A stretch of DNA of 64,000 bases from Raillietiella orientalis (Eukaryota). The DNA is taken from contig JAYWIR010000053.1 in assembly GCA_036172245.1 (NCBI GenBank), forward strand, positions 496,001-560,000, given 5' to 3'. A program made the position numbers and the translations under genes. Under the pieces are notes generated by a model. The model was given only the letters and a program-made list of their open reading frames with translations. It was not told the DNA's origin and searched no databases. This document shows, piece after piece, positions 61,601 to 64,000 of the stretch (position 1 is the first letter of the stretch; each line of letters begins with the position of its first letter).

Positions 61601-63553
61601 GAAAGGAATGAGAAGGAGGAAAGGAGGAGAAAGGGAGGAGAAGAAAGAGGGAGGGAGGGGAGAAGGGGGTAGGAGGTGGAAGGAAGGGCAGAGGAGGAGG
61701 AAAGGAATCGACCGGAGCTGTTGCATGCGTTGTGCACTTTTAGGATGAAGTACGAAAGGTACTTCTACAACGCCTCCCACAACCGCATGGGGCCCTACGT
61801 CGTAGGCATCTGGTTCGGCTACCTCTTGCACATCACCAAAGACAGGGAGATCAAATTCGGAAAGGTGAGCTTCCCAGTTTTGCTGGACCCGCTGGGAATT
61901 CCCTGAAAACCTCCAGGGAGTCCGGTTCGAAATTCCGAAAAATGATAAAAAAGAAACACATGTGTTTATATATATGTAAATTTATGTATACATTAATGCA
62001 TAGAGTAACATACATTATAAAGATTGTCAAAAATAAATACATATGCTTATTACGTATATGAATATCTACTACATTTACATGTAGATGAATATACAAATTT
62101 ATTTTTACATACGTATTTATTAGTATGCATGTTTTTAATATAATTCATATGTTTATTGTATATTTGAATATGGAGTAGTATATATTTCAAAGTTTGTTAA
62201 AAAATAAGTTGAGTAAATATATTAACATATAAATTTATGTATAGATTGATGTGTATGGCAAAGATTATAGAAAATAAATACATGTGCTCATTAGATTAAA
62301 ATATACATTAATATGCACATTTATTTTCAGATACACATGCGTTTAGTTAATAATGCATATTAATATATATCGTGAGCATTATAAAAAATTAACTTTAGCA
62401 AATGTATTAATCTATATATTAATTTATATATCACTAAAATATCAGCATGTATAATGAACATGCGTATTTTTTTAGAATCTTTGTCACATGTATTTTTGTA
62501 TATATTGATCAGTATGAAAATGTATACAATAAACGTATCAGTACTTATATTAATATCTATAATATATATATAATTATCATAAGAACACATATTTATCTGT
62601 ATATTAATTTGCATTTTCATATCCATATTAATGTATGTAAGAAACATATGTGTTAGTTTTCAATAATCTTTATAATTTATGTTGATCTATACGGTATTCT
62701 TCATATAACTTCACACATTACCATATGTAATAAGAGTGTGTATTTGTTTCTGAGATCCTTTGCGCCGATCTCCGACGGTCTTCCGAAAGTTCCGTGGGCC
62801 GCCTCGGTCGGAGTTGCCCACCCCGTCGTTATCTTCGTGCTTTGAGGAACGCAGCCGCTCTTTCGACCGCAGTCCGGCTACTGCGGCTCTGTCCGTCCCA
62901 GGCAAAGAGGTGTTGCTGAGGGCGGCAAAGGCGCATGGCAACCCGCACATCCAATTACCTTTTTCTTTTTTCTTTCTGAGTGCGCGTGCGCGCGTTTTGT
63001 TTCCTGGATTCGAAACGGAAGCAAAGGGAACCTTGTGAGGGTGGGAACCGCGCTGAAACGGACGGGTTTTATTTATTTGCGTATTTATTTACTACATAGA
63101 GGGGCATCGGGGGGCTGCCACGCACAGCCCCGTTTTGACCACTCGCTCTTCTTTTTTTTCCAGAGAATTCTCGCCATTGGGTGGTTGAGCGCGGCCGTCA
63201 CACTCATAGCACTCATACAAGGAGTCTACCGCTACCAACGGTTCGACTCCCGCTTGCAAGCCGGGGTGGACGTGTGGATCTACGCAGGCATCTCGAGGAG
63301 CGCTTGGGCTCTTGCCCTGGGGTGGATCGTTTTCGCCTGTGTGAATGGACAGGGAGGTCAGCTGAAGCTGCAGCTTGCTTGAACCTCATGCGGAGAGATT
63401 CGTCCTCCAGGAATAGTGAACGACATCCTTTCCTGGAAACCATTCAGACCTTTGGGAAGGCTGTCCTACGCGGGCTTCCTGCTGTCCTTAACTCTACAAG
63501 AGATGTACATCGTTAGCAGGAAGAGCCCCTTCCACTTCGACACGCTCACCTGG
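44943..63553 (+). CDS. nrf-6: Nose resistant to fluoxetine 6-like protein, paralogue B (3'-partial; last exon or exons lie beyond the window)
   Basis: Exons 44943-45321, 47161-47311, 48691-48805, 53433-53545, 55694-55848, 55903-56005, 57469-57556, 59742-59920, 60002-60182, 61210-61303, 61387-61498, 61744-61864, 63164-63356 and 63411-63553. All are GT-AG, in phase and free of stops. Motifs: WALKMLDSTGK, GNYEQCL, GRYC, GICHPSTC, FSLYSN, CLHGIRCFTMSWIILGHT, SVDTFFFVSG, RYFRLTP, GSGPMW, WYLACDMQFF, HNRMGPY, LGRLSY. Confidence 0.93.
46370..47065. repeat. AT-rich element (copy 5, degenerate ends) with about 10 tandem 24-bp subrepeats
   Basis: Unit ~ATCAATCTATATATAAATATGTAC repeated across 46730-46967. 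Confidence 0.65.
47428..48066. mobile_element. Non-autonomous piggyBac-type element (631 bp plus TTAA target sites)
   Basis: TTAA(47428-47431)-CCCTTTGGGTGC ... GCACTCAAAGGG-TTAA(48063-48066). The TIR matches at 11 of 12 bp and starts with CCC. Confidence 0.8.
50135..50455 (-). mobile_element. LINE 3' end (C-terminal CP..R region plus 3' tail)
   Basis: 50258-50453 is an inverted homologue of 59467-59668. 50135-50248 is nearly identical to 47743-47855. The translation IVLLCPS....RR.AFLG resembles an ORF2 C-terminus. Confidence 0.55.
52070..53357 (+). mobile_element. AT-rich foldback/MITE-like element, copy 6 (contains a (TA)~22 microsatellite at 52621-52665)
   Basis: AAAATCCCGAAAGATC ... GATCGTTCAGGATTTT ends. 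Core GAAATTTGGTATTTCCTTTTCCTGTCATT...CAGGAAATGATG...TTTTCGGGATTTTGATC at 52720-52809. Confidence 0.8.
55012..55348 (-). mobile_element. Older, divergent SINE copy (5' half)
   Basis: CTTACACTCTGGA...CACAACCGGAGGG...CCCGGCCAGTCA...CTTCCACCAGTGCC...TTCCCCGG..ATTCGAA...GCGGAGACCG is colinear with 26735-27050. Confidence 0.75.
56470..57040. repeat. AT-rich element (copy 7, ends degenerate)
   Basis: Abrupt switch in composition and the same internal AT subrepeat vocabulary. Terminal motifs are not clear. Confidence 0.5.
57935..58016 (+). mobile_element. SINE internal fragment
   Basis: GAACTGGTT...CTCTCCAGAGTGCAAGAAGCGCGTTGCTCCCTTCGGG matches 34915-34981. Confidence 0.6.
59467..59668 (+). mobile_element. 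LINE 3' fragment, inverted partner of 50258-50453
   Basis: Aligned by eye on the reverse complement. Confidence 0.6.
60510..60597. repeat. Polypyrimidine (CT-rich) low-complexity tract
   Basis: Directly visible. A similar tract lies at 63903-64000. Confidence 0.85.
61548..61707. repeat. Polypurine (GA-rich) low-complexity tract
   Basis: Directly visible. Confidence 0.85.
61926..62765. mobile_element. AT-rich foldback/MITE-like element, copy 8
   Basis: TTCGAAATTCCGAAAAATGATAAAAAAGAAACAC at the left end, a degenerate right end (GTGTGTATTTGTTTCTGAGATCCTTTG) and an AT-rich interior. Confidence 0.65.
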
Positions 63554-63768
63554 GTAAGTGGATGAGAGCTGAGAGGGAGCGGAGCAATCCCAAAATGACG
63601 AAAGAGTACCGTTCTCTGGCAGCATGCCTCGGAGGCGATGGAGAGCCTGCCCTATGATTTGGGAATGAGCTCCTCACGCTGCTGACTGAGTGTGCCACGG
63701 GTTCATCCGCGGATAGAGAACGCGCGACACAATCCTTCCAAGGACTTCCGCATTTCCTCAGAGCATGA

Positions 63769-63898
63769 GGCCCGCGTTGGCGGCCGTGCAGCTGCGGTCC
63801 GAGGGCGCGCTCCACCAGGCGTCGTGGGTTCGAGTCCCGACCGGGAAAGGATGGACGCCGAGGAATCGGGAATGCTTCGTGGGTTTTGAGTGCCCTCC
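63769..63898 (+). mobile_element. SINE 5' head (two B-box-like motifs)
   Basis: GCCCGCGTTGGCGGCCGTGCAGCTGCGG...GGGTTCGAGTCCCGACCGGGAAAG...GACGCCGAG...GGGTTTTGAGTGCCC is homologous to the heads at 34633 and (reverse) 27075. Confidence 0.75.
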
Positions 63899-64000
63899 GC
63901 AGTTCCTCTTCCTTCTCTTACCTTCCTTCTCTTCCCTTCTTCATCTTTGCTCTCTTCCTCCTCCTTCCCTCCTCTCTTTCCCTTCCCTTCGTCTTCGTTC

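Noticed and set aside
5588..62765. AT islands interpreted as programmed eliminated sequences or as organellar insertions
   Set aside because: All lie in introns or intergenic DNA without breaking exons, and none has mitochondrial gene content. A transposon origin is the simpler explanation.

Overview
Eukaryotic, repeat-rich genomic DNA, probably arthropod (inferred from the TMEM179 sequence and the intron style). The six-frame ORF track is mostly noise because the real genes are spliced. I rebuilt three genes by hand from GT-AG boundaries with consistent phases. (1) A compact 5-exon TMEM179 gene (minus, 7608-8534, 228 aa). (2) A complete 15-16-exon NRF-6 / acyltransferase-3-family gene (minus, 42574 to about 14576, about 757 aa). 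(3) A head-to-head paralogue with the same intron positions (plus, 44943 to beyond 63553; its 3' end is outside the window). The introns and intergenic DNA hold about 8 copies of an AT-rich foldback/MITE-like element bounded by AATCCCGAAAGATC...GATCTTTCGGGATT, about 8 copies of a ~600 bp SINE with two B-box-like motifs in its head, a TTAA-flanked piggyBac-type MITE, a TA-flanked pogo-like MITE, many decayed LINE fragments, a 29-bp minisatellite and a pre-miRNA-like hairpin. There is no CRISPR array or prokaryotic system. All family assignments are motif recognition by eye, not database searches.
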